This document shows, piece by piece, positions 31,578 through 42,285 of a stretch of DNA of 64,000 bases; position 1 is the first letter of the stretch, and each line of letters opens with the position of its first letter. The notes beneath the pieces are model-generated. The model had not been told where the DNA came from, searched no databases, and saw only the letters and a program-made list of their open reading frames with translations. This stretch comes from Vulcanisaeta sp. JCM 16159 (GTDB lineage Archaea; Thermoproteota; Thermoprotei; Thermoproteales; Thermocladiaceae): assembly GCF_001316265.1 (NCBI RefSeq), contig NZ_BBDN01000003.1, positions 123,339 through 187,338 on the forward strand, read 5' to 3'. Made by a program: the position numbers and the translations under genes.

Positions 31578-32423
31578 ATGTATATGCAGTTACTACCCCA
31601 GGTATTGCTTCAGGTCGGTACGATAATAGCAGTGGCAATATTGGCAATATTTTTACTGATAATTATCATTGCAATACTGGCGTACTCGATTAGGATTGTT
31701 CCCGAGTACCAGAGAATCGTTAAATTGAGACTCGGTAAGTATAAGGGTATCTATGGACCTGGCATTGTGTTCATAATACCCGTTATTGATAGACCAATAA
31801 CGATGGACCTAAGGGTCATATCAATTGACTTATCAAGCCAGAGGGCCTTGACCAAGGATAACGTTGAGGTTACGATAGACGCCGCGGTTTACATGAGGGT
31901 CATCGATGCTGCCAAAGCGGTACTGTCAGTGACTGACTATAGAAGTGCCACAGCGACGCTGGGTGCCGCCGTCCTAAGAGACGTCATTGGTATGGTCGAC
32001 TTGGACACATTACTTACACAGAGGGAGGAGGTTGCCAAGAAGATAGCCTCTATAATCGATGAGCACGTTAGTCCATGGGGTGTTAAGGTAACGGCAGTCG
32101 CGATAAAGGACATAAAGCTGCCCGACACCCTGATCAGGGCCATGGCAGCCCAGGCAGAGGCTGAGAGAATGAGGAGGGCTAAGGTTATCCTGGCCCAGGC
32201 AGATTATGAGGCTTCACAGATGTACCTAAAGGCTGCTGAGACCTACAATAAGAACCCAATATCACTAACGCTTAGGCAACTTGACACATTACTTGAGGTG
32301 GCTAAGGAACACAACCTAATACTTGTTGTGCCGAGCTCTCTTGAGGTCACGACATTGTCAACACTAGCCGCGGCAGCGCTGAAGAAGCAGCAGGAGGGTT
32401 CAGGTGGTACGACCCAGCAGTGA
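31578..32423 (+). CDS. SPFH/band-7 (stomatin-like) protein
   Basis: N-terminal TM, then IVPEYQRIVKLRLGKY...GPGIVFIIPVID and the coiled AQAEAERMRRAKVILAQAD typical of stomatin/prohibitin. Followed by NfeD. Confidence 0.8.
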   Translation: MYMQLLPQVLLQVGTIIAVAILAIFLLIIIIAILAYSIRIVPEYQRIVKLRLGKYKGIYGPGIVFIIPVIDRPITMDLRVISIDLSSQRALTKDNVEVTIDAAVYMRVIDAAKAVLSVTDYRSATATLGAAVLRDVIGMVDLDTLLTQREEVAKKIASIIDEHVSPWGVKVTAVAIKDIKLPDTLIRAMAAQAEAERMRRAKVILAQADYEASQMYLKAAETYNKNPISLTLRQLDTLLEVAKEHNLILVVPSSLEVTTLSTLAAAALKKQQEGSGGTTQQ

Positions 32424-32429
32424 GCAAAC

Positions 32430-33763
32430 ATGCAGTTGAAGTATGGGTCTTTAATTGTGTTAATTATAATGATTTCGTTAACAATGGCGTTAATTCACAT
32501 ATCAATTGCGGATTCTAATACGTATGTGATTCATGAGGTATATGTTTTTAATCTTAATGGTGAAATAACTGATTTAACATATGAGGAGTTACAAAATGCT
32601 CTGCAGCTTGCAGAATCAACCCCGAACTCGGCATTATTAATAATCCTTGAAACACCGGGTGGGGAATTAGACGCTGCGCTAAATATTGTATCGAGTATTG
32701 AGAACTCGAAAATACCCGTGATAGGCTTTGTGTACCCCACGGCTCATATGCGTGGTCTGCGGGCACGCTTGTCCTTATGTCTACTACCATAGCCGCAATG
32801 GCGCCAGGTACGGTAATAGGCTCCTGCGAGCCTGTTGAGATAAACCCAATAACCGGCCAGGAGGTGTTCATAAATGAGAGCAAGATACTCAATGCGATTA
32901 GTCAATACTTTGTGGAGGTTGCGGAGTTTAGGGGTAGGAATGCGACCTTTGCACATGACTGCGTATTCTACAACACGAACCTTGGACCTGAGGATGCACT
33001 TAAGTACGGCGTTATAAACTTCGTGGCCACGGATTTGGATTCATTATTTAATGAAATAAACGGCAGTACAATAAGTGGGGTTACGTATTACGTCATTAAT
33101 CCAAAGGTCACGTATTACCAGCCAGGCATTGGGTACCAGGTTTATGAGGTCTTAATTAATCCCACGATACAGGACCTATTGGCCGGGATAGGACTCTTCC
33201 TTGCCATTATCGGCTTCGCAGTAAGGCATTACTACCTAGCTGGGGTTGGTATTATACTGATGATAATACCCATGCTCACGGGATTATCCGTCAACTGGCT
33301 CGGCCTGGCACTACTAATTATTGGTTTAGCCGCAATAGTCATTGACGTGCACGCGGGCTTCACAACACATGCATCACTATTCATAACGGGTATGATACTT
33401 ACTGTACTGGGCCTCATACTCCTCCAACCAACCTACTCGCCTCAATCCTGGTTAATAGCTACAAACCAGGTCGAGGCCAGGATAGTGCTTTACGTGTTAA
33501 TCACCTTCGTGGGTGGGTTTGGAGGACTCATAGCGGCTAAGGTGATAGGCATAATAAGGACAAGACCTCTCTCAGAGAGGCTTTACTGGCCCATCAATGA
33601 TGTTGGGACTGCTGTTGATGATATTAACAAGGACGAGATTGGCTACGTGAGGGTGAGGGGTGAATACTGGAGGGCTAAGGCACTGGAGAGCGTTAGGAAG
33701 GGTTCCAGGGTTATTGTTGTTGATGTTGATGGCGATACCCTACTTGTGAAACCATCCACTTAA
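32430..33763 (+). CDS. NfeD-family membrane-bound serine protease (stomatin operon partner); single-base frame break at about 32738
   Basis: ClpP-like N-terminal domain (ALLIILETPGGELDAA), TM bundle, C-terminal OB-fold (EIGYVRVRGEYWRAK...VIVVDVDGDTLLV). Inserting one G into the run ccacg|gctc restores YPTGSYAWSAGTLVLMSTTIAAMAPG. Confidence 0.8.
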
Positions 33764-33863
33764 GATTACCATGGTTTCCTGTGCTTACGTTATAATTAAC
33801 GACAAATTAAAGAAATCAAACCCAGTTACGCTTATTAAGTTTAGTGATGATAATCAATAGGTA

Positions 33864-34598
33864 ATGGCATCTAGTTATGATGTAAGACCGAGACTTGGCA
33901 TTAGGTTTTCATTACCTGTGAATATTTTCATTTTCATTGGTTTCCTGGTGATATCGCCCCTACTTTTATTTCTATTCCTAGTACTGGTTAGCATTGGTGT
34001 ACGACCATTGCTGGCATTGACGTTAACACTGGGTTCATTATTGACAAGTTACATTAATGTGGTTGTAGCCGAGGTCACTTACTATACACCATTCACGCCA
34101 TTCATCGACTTCATGAAGTTATTCCCAATGCCAATCACTATACAGAGGGTTGATAAGTTATTTCTCGAGGTGAATGTGGGTGGTGCCGTGATACCAACGA
34201 TAGTATCTATATACCTAATAACTGAGTACCTCATCCGCAGTATGTTGGTGTTTATTTCTTTCGTGATGTCATTGGCATTATCATCATTAATAATATGGCG
34301 CAATGCCAGATTAATACCTGGTATCGGGATTGCACTACCATCTGCATTACCGATTCTACTAACTCTAACATTCACATTAATAACCACAATAACACTTCAT
34401 GCAAATCCGCTGGCCTTCTCGTATAGCCTTGGTTCCTTATCGACATTACTTGGCGCTGACATATTCAATATTAAAAGGGTTGTAAGGGTGATGAGAGGTT
34501 ACGTATCAATCGGCGGCGCAGGCGTCTTTGACGGAATATACCTAACGGGTCTCACGTCATTAATACTGGCGTCCTTATATAGGGCGCTATTACTTTGA
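33864..34598 (+). CDS. Polytopic membrane protein (DUF1614-like)
   Basis: About 6 TM. Conserved GGAGVFDGIY near the C-terminus. Confidence 0.45.
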   Translation: MASSYDVRPRLGIRFSLPVNIFIFIGFLVISPLLLFLFLVLVSIGVRPLLALTLTLGSLLTSYINVVVAEVTYYTPFTPFIDFMKLFPMPITIQRVDKLFLEVNVGGAVIPTIVSIYLITEYLIRSMLVFISFVMSLALSSLIIWRNARLIPGIGIALPSALPILLTLTFTLITTITLHANPLAFSYSLGSLSTLLGADIFNIKRVVRVMRGYVSIGGAGVFDGIYLTGLTSLILASLYRALLL

Positions 34599-34640
34599 TT
34601 TACAGGCAAGCTTTTAATCCCCATTAAGCAATAATTACCA

Positions 34641-35320
34641 GTGATGAATTACAGGTCTACAGATGATAATGATGATGCCTTGCTGACTGACGCAAGGAAA
34701 ATCAAGGCCGTAATATTCGACCTAGACGGCACCCTAGTAGATACTGTGCCTCTACATGTGACGTCATGGATAGAGACGTGTAAACGCCTTGGCTTCCCCA
34801 TACCTACCATGGAGTATGTAAGAACGTTAATGGGACTTAGGGCATTAGACATTGCGAGGAGATTATGTGGCGACATAATTGCCGAGAAGGCGCTTGAGAT
34901 TAAGAATGAAGTGTACTTATCATTGCTTGACAGAGCCAGAACCATTGACGGTGCAACTGAGTTGCTAAGTACCTTAAGGATCGAGGATTTATAATAGGTA
35001 TAGTCACCTCAAGTTCTAGGAGGGTCGCCATCAAGGTTCTCGAGGTAACGGGACTTCGTAAGTACGTGGACGCCCTCGTGGCGGGGGACGACGTCAACAG
35101 AGGTAAGCCAGACCCTGAACCACTACTGAGAATACTTAATTCCCTAGGTCTTGATGTCCACGAGGTCGTGGTTGTCGGCGATTCTAGATATGACGTTGAG
35201 ATGGCGCTGAATGCGGGGGTTAGCACTGTGTTTTTCCTGGGTAAGCATGAGGATCCTCGGGTAATAAGCATCAAGGGTTTATTAGATGTTGCTAGGTATC
35301 TTGGTCAATTCTTAGTATAA
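34641..35320 (+). CDS. HAD-family hydrolase (beta-phosphoglucomutase/phosphatase-like); single-base frame break at about 34975
   Basis: AVIFDLDGTLVDT (motif I). After restoring one A in cctta|agga the frame reads LKDRGFIIGIVTSSSRR...GDDVNRGKPDPEP...VVVGDSRYDVEMA (motifs II-IV). Confidence 0.7.
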
Positions 35321-35359
35321 GCATTAATTTTATTAATTTTTCCCTAGGTCTTTATTGTA

Positions 35360-36142
35360 ATGGTGACTCTGCAGACAGGAGCAATGATGCTTGTGATAAT
35401 AGTGATAGTTGTAATAGCCGTGGTTCTGGCGTTATTATATAGGCTGGGTTATTTTGGTGGACGGCGTGGGAAGAAGGGGCAAGGCGAAATAGAGCAGGCG
35501 TTTCCACAGTATAAGCCTGAGCAGAAGTCTCAGCAGCGTCAAAGACCAAGTCCCTTACAGCCTTCTCAGGAGGTGCCTGCCGGACAGGGTAGTAGGGCAT
35601 TACTTATCGAAAGTAAGCCCGTCGATATCAAGCCGCTGCAGAGTCCCGAGAAACCAGTCGATATTGATAGAATTGAAAAATTAATTAGAGGCATTGAGAA
35701 TGAACTAGTACAGATACTTAGGCAAACATCAGCGGATACTACAGATCTACTGCTCTCGAGAATTAATGAACTCAAGAGCTACATTGGTCAATTAGAAAGG
35801 CAATGCCTAATGCAGAGTCCACCCTTTGTTCAAATGGGTTATATCCCATCTAGTCTATCAGAATTCAAGGAACTGTTTAGGGCGTCCTTCGTAGGCCTTA
35901 TGAAGGGCAAAAGCATTATTGAGCATGTGGGTGAATATAACATTGACGAGAGACTTATAAGTTCCGTCGTTAATTATAACATGGACCTCATGGTCGTATA
36001 CAGCGGTAATAAGTACGTATACTTGGTAAAATATGGCGATTACTCACTTATTCTATCGACTGATGAGTACTTAGATTCAGTTAGTAGTGGCCTGGTTAGG
36101 TTACTATTTAAGAGGTTCATTGATGAAGTATTTAAGCCATAA
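35360..36142 (+). CDS. Hypothetical membrane-anchored protein with a Gln/Pro-rich linker
   Basis: N-terminal TM (MMLVIIVIVVIAVVLALLY), then a low-complexity QKSQQRQRPSPLQPSQ linker and a globular C-terminus. Confidence 0.4.
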   Translation: MVTLQTGAMMLVIIVIVVIAVVLALLYRLGYFGGRRGKKGQGEIEQAFPQYKPEQKSQQRQRPSPLQPSQEVPAGQGSRALLIESKPVDIKPLQSPEKPVDIDRIEKLIRGIENELVQILRQTSADTTDLLLSRINELKSYIGQLERQCLMQSPPFVQMGYIPSSLSEFKELFRASFVGLMKGKSIIEHVGEYNIDERLISSVVNYNMDLMVVYSGNKYVYLVKYGDYSLILSTDEYLDSVSSGLVRLLFKRFIDEVFKP

Positions 36143-36144
36143 GG

Positions 36145-36828
36145 CTAGTACCTTATCCTACGCTTAATGGACCAGGAGAGTCTCCTAATGATTAATTTGG
36201 GACCGGGGTAATGCGCGATGGTCATAACACGATTATTAAGTAAAGCCTTAAACACGGACTCTACCGTTAAATCATCGACTTCAAACACAGTATGGGCAAT
36301 ACCGACGAGGTCAGGCACATGCGCATCACTATTCGCAAGACCAGGTAGCCCAAGCTCACGGGCTGCCTTAGCGGCCCTCCAATTAAACACTGGTAATGCC
36401 CCTGCGTTAAACACCTCTATTGCATGCCATTTATACCTCCTTACCCTATCGCCAATGCCATGTCTCAATACATCGTATGGATGCGCAGGTACTGCCACGC
36501 AGTTATTCTCGGCGACCCAATCAAGGAGTTCAGGTATTGATTTTGGCACGTTATCAGTGCCCGGGTACTCACTGCATAGTACTAATACATCGCCATTAAG
36601 TGTCCTGACCTCATTGCCTACTATAAATACGAAATCACCCCTTGATAATAAGTCATTATCCCTTATGAACTCTAACGCCTTGAGTGAGCCTTTAAATGTA
36701 TCGTGGTCCGTTATAGCCAACGCTCTTATACCCTTATCTAAGGCATTTATTATTACATCCCTTGGCTCTCCCTTGCCATCACTATATATGGTGTGCGTAT
36801 GTAGGTCAGCCTTTACTTTTATCGGCAT
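36145..36828 (-). CDS. PHP-domain metal-dependent phosphoesterase
   Basis: N-terminal DLHTHTIYSDG plus AITDHD, the His-rich PHP signature. Confidence 0.7.
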   Translation of the reverse strand: MPIKVKADLHTHTIYSDGKGEPRDVIINALDKGIRALAITDHDTFKGSLKALEFIRDNDLLSRGDFVFIVGNEVRTLNGDVLVLCSEYPGTDNVPKSIPELLDWVAENNCVAVPAHPYDVLRHGIGDRVRRYKWHAIEVFNAGALPVFNWRAAKAARELGLPGLANSDAHVPDLVGIAHTVFEVDDLTVESVFKALLNNRVMTIAHYPGPKLIIRRLSWSIKRRIRY

Positions 36829-37486
36829 TTCTACACCTCCTTAATTCCTCCATTAGATCCCTCTCGACAACCTCACCGTTGGGTTCAACCTCCTTAAATA
36901 TCTGAGCCTCGTAAATAAGCACTGACGTATCTTCATCAAGCCAGCAATCAGGTGGTAAAAACGCCTTCATGCAACCCTCATTGAGGAATGTCATGGAATC
37001 CCAGCAATACTCAACAGGGACCTGGGGCAGGAGAAGCCCCGAGTAATAACCCTTCTGAATCACAATACCGTGCCTACCAACCACAATCTTCTCAGGATAG
37101 ATCCTCGGATTTCCAGGTTCAAGTAACTCGAGCGGGCTTAATACGGATACCTCAAAGGTAACCTTATTCAATTCCTCAATACTCATGGGCTCAAACCTTG
37201 GATCCTCAACGGCAGCTGCTATGGCACTCCTAATCACCCCATTCACGGTATTATAAACCGCCTGCGGAAAGCCAATACAACCCCTGAGCTCGCCCCTCCT
37301 ATCCCTACCCGTGAATATTTCTATCGTTGTGAAGACTCCGTACATGTCCTTGAGTAACTTCGGTGGTGTATCTGATGGCGCCTGAATAATCTTACCACTA
37401 CGTAGGTATTCCTCCACGGCCGCCCTAGCCAGTTTAACCAGGAACCTCCCCTCCTCTATGTTGTACGGTTTGAACATTACTACCAC
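36806..37486 (-). CDS. AMMECR1-domain protein
   Basis: LRGCIG motif and overall collinearity with AMMECR1. Overlaps the PHP gene start, suggesting an operon. Confidence 0.7.
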   Translation of the reverse strand: MVVMFKPYNIEEGRFLVKLARAAVEEYLRSGKIIQAPSDTPPKLLKDMYGVFTTIEIFTGRDRRGELRGCIGFPQAVYNTVNGVIRSAIAAAVEDPRFEPMSIEELNKVTFEVSVLSPLELLEPGNPRIYPEKIVVGRHGIVIQKGYYSGLLLPQVPVEYCWDSMTFLNEGCMKAFLPPDCWLDEDTSVLIYEAQIFKEVEPNGEVVERDLMEELRRCRNADKSKG

Positions 37487-37726
37487 TCTTCTCTATTTTA
37501 GAGCTAAATAAATACACTATGCCCGTGATAATCCCCGAAACAATTACAAGGGATAGCATTAAGCATCTAAAGCCTTGTTGGTATTACCGACTAGGAATTG
37601 CCCATTATCCATGAAGACCACGTAGTAAATAAGGACTATGATAGTCACTATGAACAGTACCGTGGCAATTATGACAGTATGCCTCATCAATCCTCAAGCC
37701 ATGGTAATTAATATAAAAGTTACCAC

Positions 37727-38299
37727 CTACGGAGTATTAATGCCTAATAATGTCCTTATCTTATCATTAACGTTCTTAAATACATGCACATTGCTTAGGA
37801 ATATTAGGTGAGCAATATACTTATTCAATTGATTAAGCATGCCGATGAGTTCATTAACATTGTTAATAGGGAAGTAGTCATCATCAAGCAGCTTAACCGC
37901 GGTTCTCTCGGCCTCCCTAGCCTTAACCCTGAGCAGGTTTAGTAATGCCGTTGTTTTATCACTGGGTATAAACCACCCCAATTCCCTGCTATCTAACTCG
38001 CAAGCCTTATTAATCATATCCCTGACAGGCTTAAGCCATTCACTATCCCCAGTGGCTAGGTACGTATTTAAAGCCGCGGTCATTGCAGCAATAGCCCTAA
38101 ATTTATCGCCGCCGATTTCCTGAAGACCCCACTCAGCCAATGCCTCGAGCTCGTCGAGCCTGCCCATGAGCTCAATGGCTGGGTGATCCTTCCTAAGCCT
38201 GACATGTTTACCAAATACTATTACCTCGCTGAATCCGCCATCGCCTGGGCACTTGATTGATCCATCAATCCTCAGGCAATCAACGAATACGTTAGTCAT
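37727..38299 (-). CDS. Possible PduO-type ATP:cob(I)alamin adenosyltransferase-like protein
   Basis: GDGGFSEV..G..V...D...IELMGRLDELEAL resembles the PduO N-terminus (GDkGeTsL...veayGtlDELns). About 190 aa. Confidence 0.35.
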   Translation of the reverse strand: MTNVFVDCLRIDGSIKCPGDGGFSEVIVFGKHVRLRKDHPAIELMGRLDELEALAEWGLQEIGGDKFRAIAAMTAALNTYLATGDSEWLKPVRDMINKACELDSRELGWFIPSDKTTALLNLLRVKAREAERTAVKLLDDDYFPINNVNELIGMLNQLNKYIAHLIFLSNVHVFKNVNDKIRTLLGINTP

Positions 38300-38390
38300 A
38301 ACAAACTCATTTAATTCCTCATTGGGGAAATTAATATAGGTAGTACTTAATTTAATAATGCAATAACTAACAACGATTCAGTGGAGGTGG

Positions 38391-38633
38391 GTGAAAGTGA
38401 GCTTTACATGCAGCATATGCGGGAGGCGTGTATCATTTTGGGAAGTGGCTTACATAGGCAACTCCCTGGTGATATGCAAGAAATGCTATCCTGAATACTA
38501 CGTAAAGCATTGTCCATTGATTCGAAGAAGATTAGCCGGTGAATTACCACAACCATGCAATTACTGCCTATACCGCGGTAAGTGTGATGAGTATATAAAA
38601 TCCTCACTAAGAGGCGGTAACTCACCGCAGTAG
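38391..38633 (+). CDS. Small Cys-rich (zinc-ribbon-like) protein
   Basis: 80 aa with CSICGRR...CKKCYP...CPL...CNYC...C pairs. Confidence 0.35.
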   Translation: MKVSFTCSICGRRVSFWEVAYIGNSLVICKKCYPEYYVKHCPLIRRRLAGELPQPCNYCLYRGKCDEYIKSSLRGGNSPQ

Positions 38634-38723
38634 ACAAAACTTATAACTATTCCAAGCCTATAGGACCTGAATGGCAAACGGCCATGGGTTATTGAGGAAC
38701 TTGACCGTGGTAATTACGGCATT

Positions 38724-40472
38724 ATGCGTAGTTCAAGGTATGGGGAGGTGAGGGGCATCATATGCTGTGAGTGGTGGTGCGAGGGTTATTGGGCATCATC
38801 TGGATATTACGATCTATGCGGCGAAAAACCAACAATACCGAGCAAGCTTAATAGCGTTTCCTCAATACTCAGGGGATTTGCAAGCCCATCATCATTTCCC
38901 CGAAGCAGATTATTAATATCGTTATGGCCACTAATACGTAATAGAGTACGAAATTCCCTAAATAGGTTATCAATTAATGAATTACCTAACGTTCCTGACA
39001 AGGTATCAAGAATTAATGTTGATACTGACGTATTAATAATTGGCGGAGGTTTAGCCGGCCTTTCAGTGGCGAGGGAACTGGGTAAGCTTGGTTTGAAAAC
39101 GGTGATTATCGAGGGTGAGTACTACCTTGGTGGGCACTTGGTCGTTGATGATACTGAGATCAGGGACTTAGGTAGGGGCAGTGAATTCATTAGTAAGTTG
39201 GGTAAGGAGGTGAGTAGTTCAACCACAATACTCACTGGAACTATTTTTGATGGGTTTCTCGAGGACGCATCGATAGGTCACTCCAGGGATCACTCAAAGA
39301 TTTACGTATTTAATTATAAGTACTTAGTGTTGACCCAGGGCTTTAGGGAGGTTCCACTTGTTTTTCCAGGTAATGGCACACCACGCATGATCACTGGGTT
39401 GACAGTGCTTAAGTTCACCAAGTGGTGGGGCTTTAGGCCGAGGAGGGTCTTGGTTTGGGGCAGTGATGATTGGGGTGTTAGGGTGGCTATGAACCTAGCC
39501 CAACTTGGTATTGATACGTACCTTGGCGATAACTCGGCCATAATAAGGAGTGATCTATATAGGGATAAGATTGAGACCTTGGGCATTAAGACATTTATTG
39601 GCATGAATATAGTCGATGCAAAGGACTCGGGTGATGGATTAAGGCTCACGCTTGAGAATATAAGAGGCAAAAAAAGCTAAGATTCAGAGGAGGGAGGAGT
39701 TGATTGTAGATGTTTTAGTGAGTGCCGTTAGGCTACCGGTCATTGACCTGCCAGCACAATTAGGCGTGCCTATCGTCTATGCACCGGAAATCGGAGGTCT
39801 CGTACCTAGGAGGGGCCTTACGGGAGATCTCGGGCTTGGTAATGTTTATGTTGTCGGTGATGCCGGCGGATTACTCCCGGAGGCTTAATCGTTAAGCAGG
39901 CTAGGATAACCGCATTAAGTATAGGCGTTAAGGAGGGTTTAGTGCCTGGTGAGACTCTCGATAAGGAATTAGCTGAGTTCAAGAGGGATTTAGTCACTGT
40001 GAATTCCTCGTATTATAACGTAATCCTCAGGTTTGAGCAGGGGCTTCAGGGCAGTGGTTATTATGCCGAACCCAACGTAGCTCATGCACCCATGTGGGCT
40101 GCCGCCGGGTCTATTGAGGACGTGGAAAATGCCCTTAGGAGTGCCAATAGGCAGTACCTATGCTTCTGTGAGGATGTTACCCTGAATGACGTATTAAAGT
40201 CGGTCAGGGTGTTAATGCATGGTAGGGAGGTCAGGGTTAGGGTTCTTCACGGTGAGGAGGAGGAATATAAATCATTGAGGTTACCGGGCATGGAGAGGAT
40301 AAAGAGGACCACTGGTTTAGGTACAGGTCCCTGCCAGGGTAAGTTCTGCCTTGTCAGTGCGAATCTAATACTAAGCTTCATATACCAAAAGAAGCCTAGC
40401 GAGCTTGGATTGCCGAGGATTAGGTTTCCCGAGGCGCCAATACCGATGGCCACGCTTACGGGTGGTGAGTGA
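38724..40472 (+). CDS. FAD/NAD(P)-binding oxidoreductase alpha subunit with a C-terminal BFD-like [2Fe-2S] domain (HcnB / opine oxidase A / L-proline dehydrogenase alpha-like); frame broken twice
   Basis: VDTDVLIIGGGLAGLSVAREL (dinucleotide fold) in 38724-39680. VYVVGDAGG in 39700-39888. CFCEDVT...GPCQGKFC (BFD-like Fe-S) in 39942-40472. The true start is probably internal to the first ORF. Confidence 0.6.
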
Positions 40473-41641
40473 TGAGTGAGGGTCGTGGATTAGTCTCTTT
40501 GACTGCTGATGCCGTGGTTGTTGGTGCAGGTATTGTTGGTTTGGCCGTAGCCTATTACCTAGCTCGCAAGGGTCTCTCCGTCGTTGTACTAGAGAGGAGC
40601 TATGTTGGTTCTGGGAGTTCAACGAGGAATGCGGGTAGGTATAGGGTTCACTTTGGGAATAGGGAGAATACGGAGTTTGCAATAAGAGCCATTAAGAAAT
40701 TAGAGTCCCTCAGTGGTGAACTTGGTTGGAACGGAGTCTTTGAGAGACAGGGCTACCTATGGCTTGTTAGGCGTAAGGAGGTTCTTGGGAATTACGAGAG
40801 ACTTAACGAGAAATTATGGAAACCGCTAGGTGTGCCCGTTCAGATACTCACGGTTAAGGAATTAAGGGATAGGTTCCCATACATCAATACCCAGGGCATA
40901 GTGGGTGCTGTCTATGGCCCCCAGGATGGGGCCTTCCACCATGATTACCTGGTGTTGGGTTATTACGAGAGGGCGCTCGATCTTGGTGTTAGGGTTTATG
41001 AGTACTCGGAGGTTAAGGGCATCGGTGTTGAGAATGGTAGGGTCGTTAGCGTCTCAAGTAATAATGTTTTTGTGAAGACGAAGGATGTGGTATTCGCGGC
41101 TGGGGCATGGACTGGCGAGGTCATGAAAAGCACACTCAATATAGATATTCCGATTAAGCCCGTTAGAAGGGAAATCGGGATTACAGAACCTGTGAAACCA
41201 ATAATTAATACCTACATAATAGATACTGAGACTAACCTATATGTCGGTCAGACAATGAGGGGTGAGATATTGGGTAGTATAGAACTTGAGGGTGGCGAAG
41301 GTTTCTTACCCTATGGAAATACCCTTTCCTGGTTAACTGCTTGGGCTAGGGAGACAGTGAAGTTAGTGCCCAGTCTTAAGAGGATTAGGGTTATGAGGGT
41401 GTGGTCCGGTTATTACGAAATGACGCCTGACCATAGTCACGTAATGGGTAGGTTAAGTACATGGCCCGAGGGTGTTTACGTGCTGTCTGGCTTCTCAGGC
41501 CACGGCTTCATGTTTGGCCCATACGCCGCTGAGTTGCTGGCTAATTACATGATTAATGGCGTTGTTGATCCAATAATGGAGCCATTTCTGCCCGATCGGT
41601 TTACTACGGGGAATCTAATCAAGGAATTACTGGTTATTTAA
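40469..41641 (+). CDS. FAD-dependent oxidoreductase, DAO family (HcnC / opine oxidase B / proline dehydrogenase beta-like)
   Basis: ADAVVVGAGIVGLAVAYYLARKG dinucleotide motif. Glycine/D-amino-acid-oxidase-like length. ATGA start overlap with the alpha subunit. Confidence 0.7.
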   Translation: MMSEGRGLVSLTADAVVVGAGIVGLAVAYYLARKGLSVVVLERSYVGSGSSTRNAGRYRVHFGNRENTEFAIRAIKKLESLSGELGWNGVFERQGYLWLVRRKEVLGNYERLNEKLWKPLGVPVQILTVKELRDRFPYINTQGIVGAVYGPQDGAFHHDYLVLGYYERALDLGVRVYEYSEVKGIGVENGRVVSVSSNNVFVKTKDVVFAAGAWTGEVMKSTLNIDIPIKPVRREIGITEPVKPIINTYIIDTETNLYVGQTMRGEILGSIELEGGEGFLPYGNTLSWLTAWARETVKLVPSLKRIRVMRVWSGYYEMTPDHSHVMGRLSTWPEGVYVLSGFSGHGFMFGPYAAELLANYMINGVVDPIMEPFLPDRFTTGNLIKELLVI

Positions 41642-41754
41642 ATACATAGGCAGTTTCCTATTTGCTCAGGTCTTCGTATTATTCATGTGTAATTCATGGA
41701 GTATCATTTAATTAATGTGTTTGGGTAATTATTAATCGTAGCTAATTATTAACC

Positions 41755-42186
41755 ATGACGATGGAGCAGAGTACTACGGATATTGCAGTGAGTGTTAATA
41801 AGGTGGAGGCGGGGGTAAATGAGCTAATAAGTAGGTTAGCCACTGTTGTTGACCCGAGGCTGGTGACCAGGGAGCCTCCGATAGATGTTTTCGATAATGG
41901 CGATTCAGTAATAATACTCGCTGACCTACCTGGTGTCAAGAAGGAAAATATTAAGGTCAGGGTTGGTAGTAATTACGTGGAGATAATGGCCGAGCCACAG
42001 CCACTACCGGCAGTCGGTAAGGCAGCTAGGGTGGAGAGGTTGAGCAATTTCAGGGTTTATAGGAAGGTGGAACTCGGAGTGAGACTTAAGGTTGATAGCG
42101 CTAAGGCAATGTATAGAGATGGCGTATTACAGATAATTATACCTAAATTAGGTAGTATAGCAGAAACGGAGGTTTTAATAGAATAG
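41755..42186 (+). CDS. Small heat-shock protein (Hsp20/alpha-crystallin family)
   Basis: PIDVFDNGDSVIILADLPGVKKENIKVRV...FRVYRKVELGVRLKVDSAKAMYRDGVLQIIIPK is the canonical ACD. Confidence 0.85.
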   Translation: MTMEQSTTDIAVSVNKVEAGVNELISRLATVVDPRLVTREPPIDVFDNGDSVIILADLPGVKKENIKVRVGSNYVEIMAEPQPLPAVGKAARVERLSNFRVYRKVELGVRLKVDSAKAMYRDGVLQIIIPKLGSIAETEVLIE

Positions 42187-42285
42187 TTATGAGTAATAAA
42201 TAAGTATTTCATCTCTAAAAATCATACGATTAATAATTATTGATTTATTAGGATAAGGTATTTATAGGGGTCTAATTATTAGGTC

